Source: Octopus vulgaris (taxonomy: Eukaryota). From it: DNA of 64,000 bases. Within the stretch, counting starts at the first letter, position 1. Every line of letters begins with the position of its first letter. Of this stretch, positions 26,651 to 39,128 are shown one piece after another. The stretch is from positions 18,972,001-19,036,000 of the forward strand of contig OX597823.1 in NCBI GenBank assembly GCA_951406725.2, written 5' to 3'. The translations under genes and the position numbers were made by a program. The notes beneath the pieces are model-generated. The model did no database searches and had not been told where the DNA came from. It worked only from the letters and a program-made list of their open reading frames with translations.

Positions 26651-28342
26651 TATTGTATTTTTTCTCCATTCTATTTCTTTTCATGTTATCTTCCTAAACA
26701 TATCTTGTCCACCAATTTCTTTTCTATTGTTTTTTTTGTCCTGTTTTTGTTTTGCATCTGTACCATCACCACGACTACTGTGACCACTAATACCATCACC
26801 ACCACCACCACCACCACCACCTTCACTACCTCCACCAGCTACTACTAATACCGTTTTCACCAACACCACTACTGCTACCACCGCCACAACTGCCATTACC
26901 ACTATAATCACCACTACCACCTCTACTACCATCACCAACACTACTTTTACCATCATTGCTACGACCACTACCACTCATACCATGGCTACTACTACTACTA
27001 CTATTATTGCCACCACCACCGGCATTACCACCGCTACTACTACTACTACTACTATTACTACTACTATCACTGCCGTTGGTATCAGCACCACCCCTCCTTC
27101 ATCATTACTACAACCATCATTATTTCTATAGCAGCCACCACCATCTTCATCTTCACCACCATCACCACTACCTCATCATCGCACCACCGACGTCTTCTTC
27201 TTCCTCTACCTCTTTTATCTTTATCATCATCATCAACATCATTTTATTCTTTTTCATTTTCTTCATCTCCACTTCAAGTCTTCTTCTTCCTGTTCCTCTT
27301 CTTTTAATTGTTATTATCTCTTCACCTTCTTTCCGTCCATTCTTTAAATTATAAAACTTTCTCTTATCATTTAACAGATTTTATTCAAACTTCCACTTTT
27401 TTTTGTTCACAGTCGCCATATTGTCTCGTATTTGAGCCTCTTTTTATTTGCTGTCGTTTTTTAATCATTAATTTCATTAACTGTTGACCTAGAATTGCGG
27501 AAAAACTGGACAAAATATTTTTCTGGGATATTGTTCTCTTGGAATTTATATTGTATTCATTCTTTTCTATGTCTGTTGTTTGGAATCTTTCTTTACATTT
27601 TGTCTATCTTTGATATGTATGTATGTATTATTGATATGTATGTATGTATATCTGTCTGCTTTTCTGTTTCTTCATAAGACTCCTACAGCCGCTAGCACAG
27701 TCTCGCCGAACCAGTGAGAGAGGAGGAAAAGGAGAGGAGAGAGAGCTATCGATGCGGTCTCTCAGCCTGTAAGAAACAACAGCCATATCTCACTCAACTG
27801 CACCATACCACTTTAAAAAGAGAGACGACACATTAATTAATGTAGTTTGAAGTACACTATGCCTGAATGATATAAGATGATCATGGACGGAATGCCGTTA
27901 TTCTTAGCTTTGTTAAATCACAGCTTAATTGGTGCTAACCACAACAAGAAGCTAGAAACAGCAGTCAAATCTCCCTAACTTCAAAACCAATCAACTATGT
28001 CGAATAATGTGATTCTAGATGCACTGTACTTGAAACACTATACAGGATGGTCATGGTTGGAATGCCTTTGATGATAGATTTATTTTATCGTGGCAGACCT
28101 TGGATTAAACAACCCTAAAACCTTCTTAAGTCCCTGCTCTTAATGTATTTCTTAACATATACACGAGGGGGTGCAAAAAAGTTCCTGACTTCAAGGGTAT
28201 CGCTAAAGGCCTGGTTGGAAGCCCAACCTTCCAAGTTTCTTGACAGAGCTTAGGAAAACTGAAGGACAGCTCTAATGAGTGTGTGAAGAGGGGAATACGC
28301 TAAATAAAATCATAATCAACTGATCTTCCTGTATTTCTCTTT

Positions 28343-29792
28343 CGTGGCCGGTAAATTCCACTATGGTAAACCCACTACGGTAAATTTCAAGATAGGTAAA
28401 ATTCACTGCGGTATATTCCACTAAGTTAAAGTCCACTACGGTGAATTCAGCTCAGAAAATGACGGTCTATAGAAAACTAATTACACACGCCTTTGTTACA
28501 CACTTTTCAACTAATTAGTCGTTAGTTAAAGTACTGGTTTATGCCACTGTTACTCATTTTTTTTACTGAATTTCACTGTACTGCTAATTTTTTTCTATTC
28601 AGTTTAACTTTGATCTTTAACCATGGCAACATTTATAGCACCAGAGAAGAACAAACTAGCTTTGTGACGAAGAGAATCGTAGATACGGAAAGAATGAAGT
28701 TAACAGTAGCAAAATAAAAATATATTGGCGTTGTGAACGTTTTTACAAAGGTCGCCGAGATAGACTACATACAACTTTTAACTCCAGTATACCAGAAGTT
28801 ATTCTTTCGACGGGCTCCCATAATCACTCAGCAAGCAGTGCACACGTTAATGCCCGAAAGCCAGTTAATTCAATGAAAAGTGAAGTAATGAGAACGGGTA
28901 CAGTATCTTCACGGGAAGTAATAGCTACTGCTGTACAAAAGCTCGATGTGGAAGTACAGACATTGTTGCAAACTATTCTCGGACTTTCACGTAACATACG
29001 TAACTGGAACTTGTCGTTTTGGGGTTTGAAATTCCTGATACAGTTAACTACTTAGAAAATGGGTCCTTGTTTTTTGTCTTTGGCAATGGTTTTGATGACT
29101 CAGACAGAATTTTAGTTAGGAAAAAGGCTTGGATGATCTAGAAAGCTCTGAAAATTGGGCCTGTGGTGGGACTTTTAAGGTGTCTCTTAGTTTGTGGTGT
29201 CAGCTTTTCCCGCTACATATCATCATTGGAGGGTCATGTGTGTCCAGGCTATTTGCCTTACTTCCTGACAAAAAAGAAGTCTCATATCATGTTCTGTTTG
29301 TTATGCGGAATTTAAGGGCAAACTGTCGACCTGCGACCTGTCTCATGGACTTTGAAAAAGCTCTCCATAATTTATTTGTTTCTGTATTTCCGCATCTAGA
29401 AGTAGTTGGGTGTGTTTTTCATCTCAGACAGTCTATTTGGCGGAAGATATGTGCACTTGGTGAGAGTAGGAGATACAACACGGATGAAAGTTTTCAGCTT
29501 AAAATTAAGCACTTATTATTTTTACCAATTGAAGACATTATCAATGGATTTGAAGATTTGTCTAATGATGAAAGCATCCCTTCAGAGTTTATCACTTATT
29601 TTGAGAATTCATACATTGGGACTGTAAGGGGACGCGGTCTTCGTCAACGAAGAGAAGCCCCACAGTTTCCTATCCAACTCTGGAATATACGCGACCGTGT
29701 TTTAAATGACTTGCCGAGAGCAAATAATTCGGTAGAAAGGTTCCCTAGAAGGGTTCCGTAGTAGGTTACCGTAGTGAAATTTACCTAGAAAC
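28343..29792 (+). mobile_element. Mutator-like (MULE) DNA transposon, decayed
   Basis: Subterminal GGTAAATTCCACTAC-type repeats on the left, inverted copies on the right. FLYWCH-like KIYWRCE...HNH at ~28715-28830. Confidence 0.8.
29129..29761 (+). pseudogene. MULE transposase catalytic-domain fragment
   Basis: WACGGTFK (degenerate DGTF), FALLPDKK, MDFEKA, GCVFHLRQSIWRK, WN...PRANNSVE. Confidence 0.85.
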
Positions 29793-29833
29793 TTTTCTTT
29801 TACCCAAAGCAAGGAACTTTTCAGCACCCTCTC

Positions 29834-29884
<51 letters not shown>

Positions 29885-29892
<8 letters not shown>

Positions 29893-30192
29893 AAAAGTTT
29901 TGGTGGCATACGCGTGGGTATATATTTATAAAAAAGGTTTGAGGCTTACAGCCAACGATTCTAGTCAACGCACAAGACAGTGATTATGCTCCCCCACACA
30001 AAACACCACCACATGGACTCTGTTGAGACTAGTAAGAAACAATTATGAACTTTTTTATTACACATAACTTGTAAAAATATTTTTTTTTTTTGATAAGGTT
30101 CGTTTTTTCAAGAAGAACCGAAACATGTAAAATCTCTCAGAAAATTGAAATTTATCTTATATAGTGGCGTTTTCAAACTTCTTTTTATAAAT
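29885..30192 (+). mobile_element. Small TA-flanked PLE-like element with hammerhead-like motif
   Basis: 30086-30132 reads TTTT-TTGATAA-GGTTC(13 nt)GAACC-GAA-ACATGT-A-AAA. Confidence 0.5.
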
Positions 30193-30210
30193 ATATATAT
30201 ATATATACAT

Positions 30211-30312
<102 letters not shown>

Positions 30313-31026
30313 AAGGAGAGAGAGGGGGAAAGAGAGAGAAAAATCTCATATATATTAATAGAGCTACAAAACATGAATTAATTGAAATTATCGGTACAAT
30401 TATAAGATAAAAACGCCCTCTAGAGGTATTTAAAAATAACAATGGAGATATGCATGTATGTGCACCTACATTTGCATGTAGGATTTCTTGTTTGTGTTTG
30501 TTTGTTTGTTTGTTTGTTTGTGAGGGGTGGTACACATCGTGGAAAAGCCGACCCAGCCATTTAGTGCGAAACGAAAGTGTTAAATTACTTCGAATTTATT
30601 TTATGAAACGTCGGAATTCCTATCATACAACTGCGATTAGTCACTGAAAGTTTGAAAGTTAGTTAGAAATAGTCAGTATAACTACGTCACTGACCAGGTA
30701 TCAGTTGTGCGACGGAAACTTTGACAGATCATGAAATAAATTTAAAGTGAATTTGATAGTTTTATGTGTTATTAAATGACTAGGATGAAGGACTTTTGTG
30801 CCATGTAATTGCTCAAGCTTCAACACAGGCCTCAGATCAAGTCATCTGCTACGTAAGTACGACGCTGAAATATATAGATATGAGTGTGGTGGGGTATAAT
30901 TTTGTGTATGTATATATGTATGCGTGTGTATGTATGTATGTATGTATGTATGTATGTATGTATGTATGTATGTGTATGTATATATATGTCTGTGTGGTGG
31001 GGTATATATATTTGTGTATGTATGTA

Positions 31027-31445
31027 GTGGAGGCGCAATGGCCCAGTGGTTAGGGCAGCGGACTTGCGGTCGGAGGATCGCGGTTTCGATTCCCAGACCG
31101 GGCGTTGTGTGTGTTTATTGAGCGAAAACACCTAAAAGCTCCACGAGACTCCGGCAGGGGGTGGTGACGACCCCTGCTGTACTCTTTCACCACAACTTTC
31201 TCTCACTCTTACTTCCTGTTTTTGTTGTACCTGTATTTCAAAGGGCCAGCCTTGTCACACTTTGTGTCACGCTGAATCTCCTCGAGAACTACGTTAAGGG
31301 TACACGTGTCTGTGGAGTGCTCAGCCACTTGCACGTTAATAAATGAGCTGCGATGGACTGGCGTCCCGTCCAGCTAGGGGGAACACATATGCCACAGAAA
31401 CCGGGAAACCGGGCCCATGAACCTGGCTAGTCTTGAAAAGGGCGA
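31027..31445 (+). mobile_element. Chimeric SINE: C head, part of tail Y, then tail Z
   Basis: Matches 54822-55135, then switches at ~31340 to GCTGCGATGGACTGGCGTCCCGTCC...GAAACCGGGAAACCGGGCCC. Confidence 0.85.
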
Positions 31446-31456
31446 AAAGAAAGATA

Positions 31457-31969
31457 TCTATATATATAAAACTGTAGTTGTGTGAGTGTCTGTCCCCTTC
31501 GATTTAGATTCCTAACTACTCCCACATTTTGCGGTGCAGTTTAACCAAATTCGGGTATCTTATAGTCGTGATTCATATCGAGCCCGTCTGGGTATTAGCG
31601 CGCGTCTACAATGAGTCTACGATTTTAAAAATAATTTAACATCATTTTTTATTCCATTTTAATGCATAATTTTTCGTGTGTCGATGGCGGCGGAGTTGGC
31701 GTCCATGGTCACACCTGCACCTGTTTGCTTCTCCCCCTTCTTCCCTCCCTCGTGAAGCTGTGGGGAAGGGAGTGTAAGGAAATCAACGTCGTAAAGCGTT
31801 GTCAAGGAGACCAGCGTTCTTTTAGAACAACGACTTCATGGCTTGAAGACACCAAAACAGAAATGACTAAGAAAGCCCGAATTGGCATCTACAAGGGAAG
31901 AAACTCTCTAAAAATGCTTATATAGTTATTTCCCTTACAAACCCGAGCAACGCCGGGCGATACTGCTAG
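31457..31969 (+). mobile_element. Non-autonomous Helitron
   Basis: 5' TC, 3' hairpin CCCGAGCAACGCCGGG plus CTAG, inserted between A and T. Confidence 0.85.
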
Positions 31970-32007
31970 TATATATATATGTATGTGTGTGTATGTATGT
32001 AAAAGTG

Positions 32008-32042
<35 letters not shown>

Positions 32043-32846
32043 CTATGTGGTGGGGTACATATATTTGTGTATGTATGTATGTATATATGTACGTATGTAT
32101 GTGTGTGTATGTATATATGTATGTACGTATGTATGTATGTCCTCTTCTATCTTTTAATTATTTGAAGTCCTTCTCTAGAGAAGGATCTGGTTTCTCACGA
32201 AAATACAAAGCTACACCATTGGAATGGAGATAACAAAAAAAACAGTTACATTTTGAGCTTGGGAAAAATGTTGCATATTACGTATGTATGTATGCATGCA
32301 TGTGTATGTAGGTATGAATGTATGCATACCTGTATGTATGCTTCAGTAATACTTCCTAATAGGTTGTAAACAAACTAAATCGAATAAAACTCAATTTCCA
32401 GTCAATAATTATTCCAATATTACGATCGAAAATCCTCCAATCAACTTTCGTCTTTCTTCCCTTTTTTATTTCTTTCTTTCTTCCTTTTTTTCTTTCTTTC
32501 TTTCCTTTTTGTTTTTTCTTTCAATTTTTTTTTGTTCTTTTATTTCTTTCTCTTCTTAGCTGAGTAATTGTCGCTGTAGCTTGATAAATCCTTTAGACGA
32601 CCAAATTGGCTGAGATTTAATTCACTGAGGGACAGGGAATAAAAATCTGAATCATATCTTGGAACATTGCACCAGGTGGTGCTGATCAATATTTGACAAG
32701 ATGCGACGGTCCCAGGATGGCATTCTTATACTGGCTTCACATTTTGCCACAAGGCCAACAATTCCATACATATACATACATATACATACATACATACATA
32801 CATACATACGTACGTACATACATACATACATACATACATACATACA

Positions 32847-32930
<84 letters not shown>

Positions 32931-33386
32931 CATATATATAATATATATATATATATACATACATATATAATATATATATATACAAATATATATAATAAAT
33001 GCCAAAACGAATTTCTGTGTGTCAGTGTGTCACATTTTCACCCCTTCCCTCACTATTCAATGACACTTCTACTATTCCTCCTGCTGGAGTGAGAGTAATA
33101 GTAGACATAGGGTGGGGTAGGGTCTGGGTATGTGGGAGAGGTATGTGGGAGTGGAATGTGTGAGATGGGGTGGGTGGAGTGGGATGGGATGGGATGTATA
33201 GGGATGGTGGGCTGGGAATGTGTAGGGATAGAGTAACGATGGAGGGACGACCATGAAGGGAACAGGTGGAAGGGAGAAGGTGGGTAGAAGTGAAGAAAGG
33301 AAGTAGGCGTCAGAGCAAGAGAGGAGAGGTGGGTGGGAGTGAAGGGAGGAAATAGGTGTGAGAGGAAGCGAGGAGAGAGGAGGGGA

Positions 33387-33570
33387 TTAGATGAAGAGGG
33401 GAAGAGAGTTGAGCCCATGTGGCGCAAAGGAGCGAAGAGAGAAGATTAATTCCTGTTCACGGCGAAGACGGGAGTCCGGATGGCCCCTGTGCAAGGACAA
33501 TCTGAACACAGATAAGTGTTGTAAAGAATGACCGATAGCACGGAAATGGCGCGTGACCGGGGTGTCGTTG
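33387..33570 (-). pseudogene. Penelope-like GIY-YIG endonuclease C-terminal fragment
   Basis: NDTPVTRHFRAIGHSLQHLSVF...RLRREQELIFSLRSFAPHGLN matches the PLE motif PVA.HF...H...RE..I..L.T..P.GLN. Confidence 0.7.
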
Positions 33571-33802
33571 TATGTGTGTGTATGTATGTATACTGAGTAG
33601 AGGAAGTTTGGGTAAATTCCAGCTGTTTCTTCTTGTAGCACATCTGCTTATTCTATTATTACAATCCAACATGTAGTTTCAGTTGCTGCTGTATGTTAGT
33701 TCAAAATACATATTCAACATTGAGGATTTTCCAGATATTATTCGCAGAGTTATTTTATAACAAAACTGAAAATTGGAATTTTTTAATGTTATTTATTCAC
33801 CA

Positions 33803-34185
33803 CTAGCAGTATCGCCCGGCGTTGCTCAGGTTTGTAAGGGAAATAACTATAAAGCATTTTTAGAGAGTTATAGCCAAAAAATAGCAAAAAAATGGGAAAA
33901 AAATGATGGTAAATTTTTTTGAGAGTTAAAAAAGGTGGAGTTGCGTCCCCTAGACGGTCTGTGGTTTGGGTTTCTGATTCTCGACCCCATGTCGAATTTA
34001 TCGATTTTTTTCAGAACTGGGGGAACTTTTCAAAATTTTCGCTGCGTTAGTTTTGAATTATGACATTGGGCTATGTGTGTGTCAAGTTTCATCAGAATCG
34101 GTTGAAAGCCGTGGTCAGAGTGAGGGTACGAGAAAACAGACACACAGAAAACGCACAGACAAACTGCCGTTTATATAGAGAGAGA
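33803..34185 (-). mobile_element. Non-autonomous Helitron
   Basis: CTAGCAGTATCGCCCGGCGTTGCTC on the left; GA|T on the right. Confidence 0.85.
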
Positions 34186-34390
34186 TTACAGGTATTATAT
34201 TTAATTGTTAATAAGAATTACAAAATTTCACACTTTTTTATTTCCTTAGTTTCTCTGTCTGCAGAGTTTCTGGTGGGAAATTCCTTGTGTGTCTGTCTAA
34301 CGTGTGAAACTTTGTAATTCTTATTAACAAATGTAATACGTGTAATGGTTGCTAGATAATACCAAGAAAATCTCCAATTTCCTGTTTTGT

Positions 34391-34517
<127 letters not shown>

Positions 34518-34853
34518 CAGACAGACAGATACTATACGTATATATGTGTGTATGCATGCATGTGTGTGTGTGTGTGTATGTGAGTATGTATGTATGTATG
34601 GAAAGAAAACTCCGAATGACCCGTCCTTGTTTTCTTTGTATCGTCTAGCTGGATGTTTTGCTGTCCCTTTTTTGTATCACCTAAATGTCTGGATGTTTCG
34701 CGCTCTTGTCCCATTTTGTATTTTTTATATATAAAACTTATATACGTCTGCATGCATTCATACATGTATACATACGCACGCCTGAGAGTGCTGACTCATG
34801 AGTGCGTGTAAGAAGAACGAGCTTTTTTTTTAACCTATATTTAAGAAACGACA

Positions 34854-34906
<53 letters not shown>

Positions 34907-34912
<6 letters not shown>

Positions 34913-35069
34913 GAGAGAGAATCCACTAAAGTGGACGCCCTTACGCTAACCACTAAAAATTGTTCTCAAGAAAAACCTAGCACACTATGAACGTTCATAC
35001 TTTTTCTTGAGAACAATTTTTAGTGGTTAGCGTAAGGGCGTCCACTTTAGTGGATTCTCTCTCATATGT
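34907..35069. repeat. Perfect 69-bp inverted repeat with 25-nt spacer
   Basis: 34907-34975 is the exact reverse complement of 35001-35069. Confidence 0.95.
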
Positions 35070-35702
35070 GTATTAATAATATTGACTGAATCTCAGTTTT
35101 TTATGCGCTAAACCACTGGTGTTAAATTGAAGTTATTAAATTAATATACAATTTTTTCACCCTCATTTTGATTTTAATTGTATATATATATACTCAGTAC
35201 ACAGATATGTGTGTGTGCGTGTGGTTTAGGTGGGTGGGTGTGGGTGTGTGTCTGTACAAAGAAAAGATTAACAGTGACTTCGATGTTTAGGCTCTCGCTG
35301 TGAAATGTCATGAGTTTTATCAAATGTCTAAGAAATGATTCGACGTCCTCCACTGGGTCACCACTTCCAGCTGCTGTGGTTCCGTTTTCCTTTTTCGACC
35401 TCTAATCTTTCTTATGTTTCATTTAACATCCTTGCAATCATTTAGACATGCGAAATCAACAAAGGTTTCGTTACGACACTATCTCTTCTATACTTAAAAA
35501 CTGGGCTCTCTTTTGAATGAGGGTGTTCCTGACCTTGTTTTTCGATATTATGTTCATGATCTCATGATGAACGCATACAGTTTTCTATTACCATTTAGTA
35601 GTTTATCGTCCGTGTCTGCTATTTGTATAATAGGGTAGATAAAATTACTGATCGATACACTTTGTACTTCACTTGATCCGACACGCTTTTATTGTTTTAC
35701 AG

Positions 35703-35780
<78 letters not shown>

Positions 35781-36155
35781 TCTCGAACACCGATCTGGTC
35801 TTGCTCGGTCTCACCTTGTAATCTAGTTTGTCTCCAGGCCTACCAGCTTTATTGATTGTACTACCCAGATTGGAAAGTGGTTTGTTTCTGTCAGCCTCTG
35901 CCCTTTGATATGATAACTCACGTTGTACCACTTGACACGAGTCGAGAAGTGGTTGATAAAGAACGTCAGTCTTCGGGATATAAAATTTCAATCCGAATCT
36001 TGTCTACACTGACAAAAGGATCCACCAAGTTCTACGTTCTCAACAAACGACAGTTATCTCGCTAATGTGTGTATGGTTTTGTCTTTGTCTTTGCTATGAG
36101 GAGCAATGTTTTGAACAGGATAACATCAGGTCTTGCGTATCTGTGTACACCTTCT

Positions 36156-36542
36156 GTGGAAGCACTCCGTCGGTTACGACGACGAGGGTTCCGGTTGATC
36201 CGAATCAACGGAACAGCCTGCTCGTGAAATTAACGTGTAAGTGGCTGAGCACTCCACAGACACGTGCACCCTTAACGTAGTTCTCGGGTATATTCAGTGT
36301 GACACAGAGAGTGACAATGCCGGCCCTTTGAAATACAGGTACAACAGAAACAGGAAGTAAGAGTGAGAGAAAGTTGTGGTGAAAGAGTACAGCAGGGATC
36401 ACCACCATCCCCTGCCGGAGCCTCGTGGAGCTTTTAGGTGTTTTCGCTCAATAAACACTCACAACGCCCGGTCTGGGAATCGAAACCGCGATCCTATGAC
36501 CACGAGTCCGCTGCCCTAACCACTGGGCCATTGCGCCTCCAC
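36156..36542 (-). mobile_element. SINE C head with tail Y
   Basis: Reverse complement of 54822-55208; short TSD (C)ACCTTCT. Confidence 0.92.
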
Positions 36543-36737
36543 CTTCTATTGTTATGCGGTAACTCTCCTCCAGTATCACTACCAAAAGTACTGAGACTTA
36601 TGTTGTCATTATTACGCATCCTTGTTTGACTCTTACTGAAACATCAAACTACGCAGAGCTGGTGTTCACTTACGTGACGTGAACCTCATGCGAATAGACC
36701 TCTTCGGGGTTTTTTAACTTTCTAATCTGAGAATCTG

Positions 36738-36990
36738 TGGAGACGCGTGGCTTAGTGGTTAGGGTATCAGCATCATGATCGTAAGATTGTGGTTTTGATT
36801 CTTGGATCGAGCGACGCGTTGTGTTCTTGAGCAAAACACTTCATTTCACGTTGCTCCAGTCCACTCAGCTGGCAAAAATGAGTATCGCTGCGATGGACTG
36901 GCGTCCCGTCCACCCGGGGAACACATAAGCCATTGAAACCGGGAAACCGGGCCCATGAGCCTGGTTAGGCTTTAAAAGGGCGCATATAAT
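36738..36990 (+). mobile_element. SINE D head with tail Z
   Basis: CORE-like head followed by GCTGCGATGGACTGGCGTCCCG. TSD AATCT(G/A)AGAATCTG. Confidence 0.85.
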
Positions 36991-37729
36991 TATTCATTAA
37001 TCTAAGAATCTGCTACGGATTCAACTCTTCCACTGGGTCAGTGTCTTCGTGAAACCGACGAAAACTGCGTTCAACGCTTTGCTCTTCTCCCCTCATTTAT
37101 CCTTGATCTATCGAAGGCATCATCACATACCCTTTGTACTCCTCTTTTAAATCCACATTGAGTTGCAAGTAGAGTAATTATGATTTTCTCATTCAGTCTC
37201 TTCAACTAACCTACTATCCAAGGCTCTCCAGCTGTAACTATCCCGTCTTGTTTTCAGAAATAAAGTATCTAGGGTTATATTACACAATCTGCCATTCATT
37301 CTTTAAGGTAGCGTGAGTTTAAGAAAATGTAGTTGCTTTTTCTGGCAAGGCGAGCGAATTTTCAACGTACGTGATATAATGTAAGATATGGTGAGCGGGA
37401 AAATTTAACTACTATTTTTACCGGATCAAGTGAGTATTTAGATTTTCTCCCATTGGTTCGCATTAAATAGGTGTGTTCAGAGTCAAGGAAACTTCTTACA
37501 TCCACATTGCACTCTCATAATACAAAGACCGTTTAGGGAAGTATTAATAAATTTATGCCAGTTTTTGTGGACCAAATACAATGTGTCTGTCGCGAGAAGA
37601 GGTTACACGGTGACTTGCAACTTTGCAAATTGAGAATTGAAAACGTCTCGTCGAGCTTTGTAAGGTTGTTTGAAGACGTTTTTCTTTGTATGTTTAGTTT
37701 AATGGGTTTTTATATTTTAACTAACTTGC

Positions 37730-38020
37730 ACTCGGTCAGTTAGGACGACTTGAGTTCTAGTTGATCCAATCAACGGAACAGCCTGCTCGTGAAATTAACA
37801 TGCAAGTGGCTGAGCACTCCACAGACAAACGTAGCATGACACACAATGTGACATGGCTGGCCCTTTGAATTACAGGTACAGCTCATTTTTGCCAGCTGAG
37901 TGGACTGGAGCAACGTGAAATAAAGAGTCTTGCTCAAGGATACAATGCACCACTGGGAATCGAACTTACGAACTTACGATCGTGAGCCGAATACCCTAAC
38001 CACTAAGCCACGTGCTTTCA
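37730..38020 (-). mobile_element. SINE D head with tail Y (internally deleted)
   Basis: AACGGAACAGCCTGCTCGTGAAATT and CTCATTTTTGCCAGCTGAGTGGACTGGAGCAACGTG. Confidence 0.8.
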
Positions 38021-38905
38021 TAGGTTTTTATATTTTAGACCAAAGCGGTAGAAGAGTGTCGAATGCCCATGGCCTTTGCTAGGTTTTCGAAAACTGCTTG
38101 TTATTGTGATGATGGCCGCGGCGGCGGCGGTGGAGGAGGAGGAGGAGGCGGCAGCAGCGGCTGCTGCTGCGTTGACGTTTAGCACCAAATTATCTCTGAT
38201 GATCGATCAAATTCTATGATAGTCATTCCAGCCACCACCGTTCAAGCTTTATTCTGACAAAGTGTACCAACCACTACATTTCCAACGTGTCTTTCTTTTG
38301 TTTTTGTTTTTTTATACCAGTAGGGTATTATAATGTAAAACAAATTTACATTAATAGTTACTTACATTAATAGTTACATTAATAGTTACAAATTTACATG
38401 TTTTTGTTTTTTTATACCAGTAGGGTATTATAATGTAAAACAAATTTACATTAATAGTTACTTAAATCGGATGACAGTATTAAACCAGACGACAGATTAA
38501 CTCTACCACGCAAGAATAAAAACAGTTCCTTAAAAGGGCTTCCATATTGGTTCCATCGACTAAGTTTCACTGACAAGGCTTAGGACAAACTGAGACTATG
38601 GTAAAAGACCGGTGCTGGTCCGCGAGCCATCAGCTGCCGATACGCGGCGAGTATCTAGAAAAGAAAGAAACATTATAAAATGCTTATAAAATGCTTGTGT
38701 AATATTGTATTATTTGTTTCCAAAATAAATATAAGATGAAAAAAATTGTCAACTTTTATTGTATTCATTACTAACAGTATAACCCAGTTTTGCCTGGGAT
38801 TAAGTTAGGATTATTAAGCTAATCAAGTTCTTTATTTCAAACCAAACTAAGTAATATCGACGTCAAATTTGGGCGAAATCTATTGAAATTGGTTTATATA
38901 TCTTT

Positions 38906-38998
<93 letters not shown>

Positions 38999-39061
38999 GC
39001 ACACACATATAGACACACGTACACCTATTGCATACATGTTTTTTGTATGCACACATGTTGG

Positions 39062-39128
<67 letters not shown>

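Larger units (their letters stand above)
28161..29838. mobile_element. Mariner-like MITE split by the MULE insertion
   Basis: Left end ACGAGGGGGTGCAAAAAAGTTCCT and right end AGGAACTTTTTCAGCACCCTCTCCTGTA are inverted. Confidence 0.65.
35300..37150 (-). pseudogene. Highly decayed RTE-like LINE carrying two SINE insertions
   Basis: Minus-strand remnants AVFVGFTK (~37050), FDVSVRVKQGCVI (~36625) and KVRNTLIQKR..SIEEIV (~35510). Confidence 0.45.
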
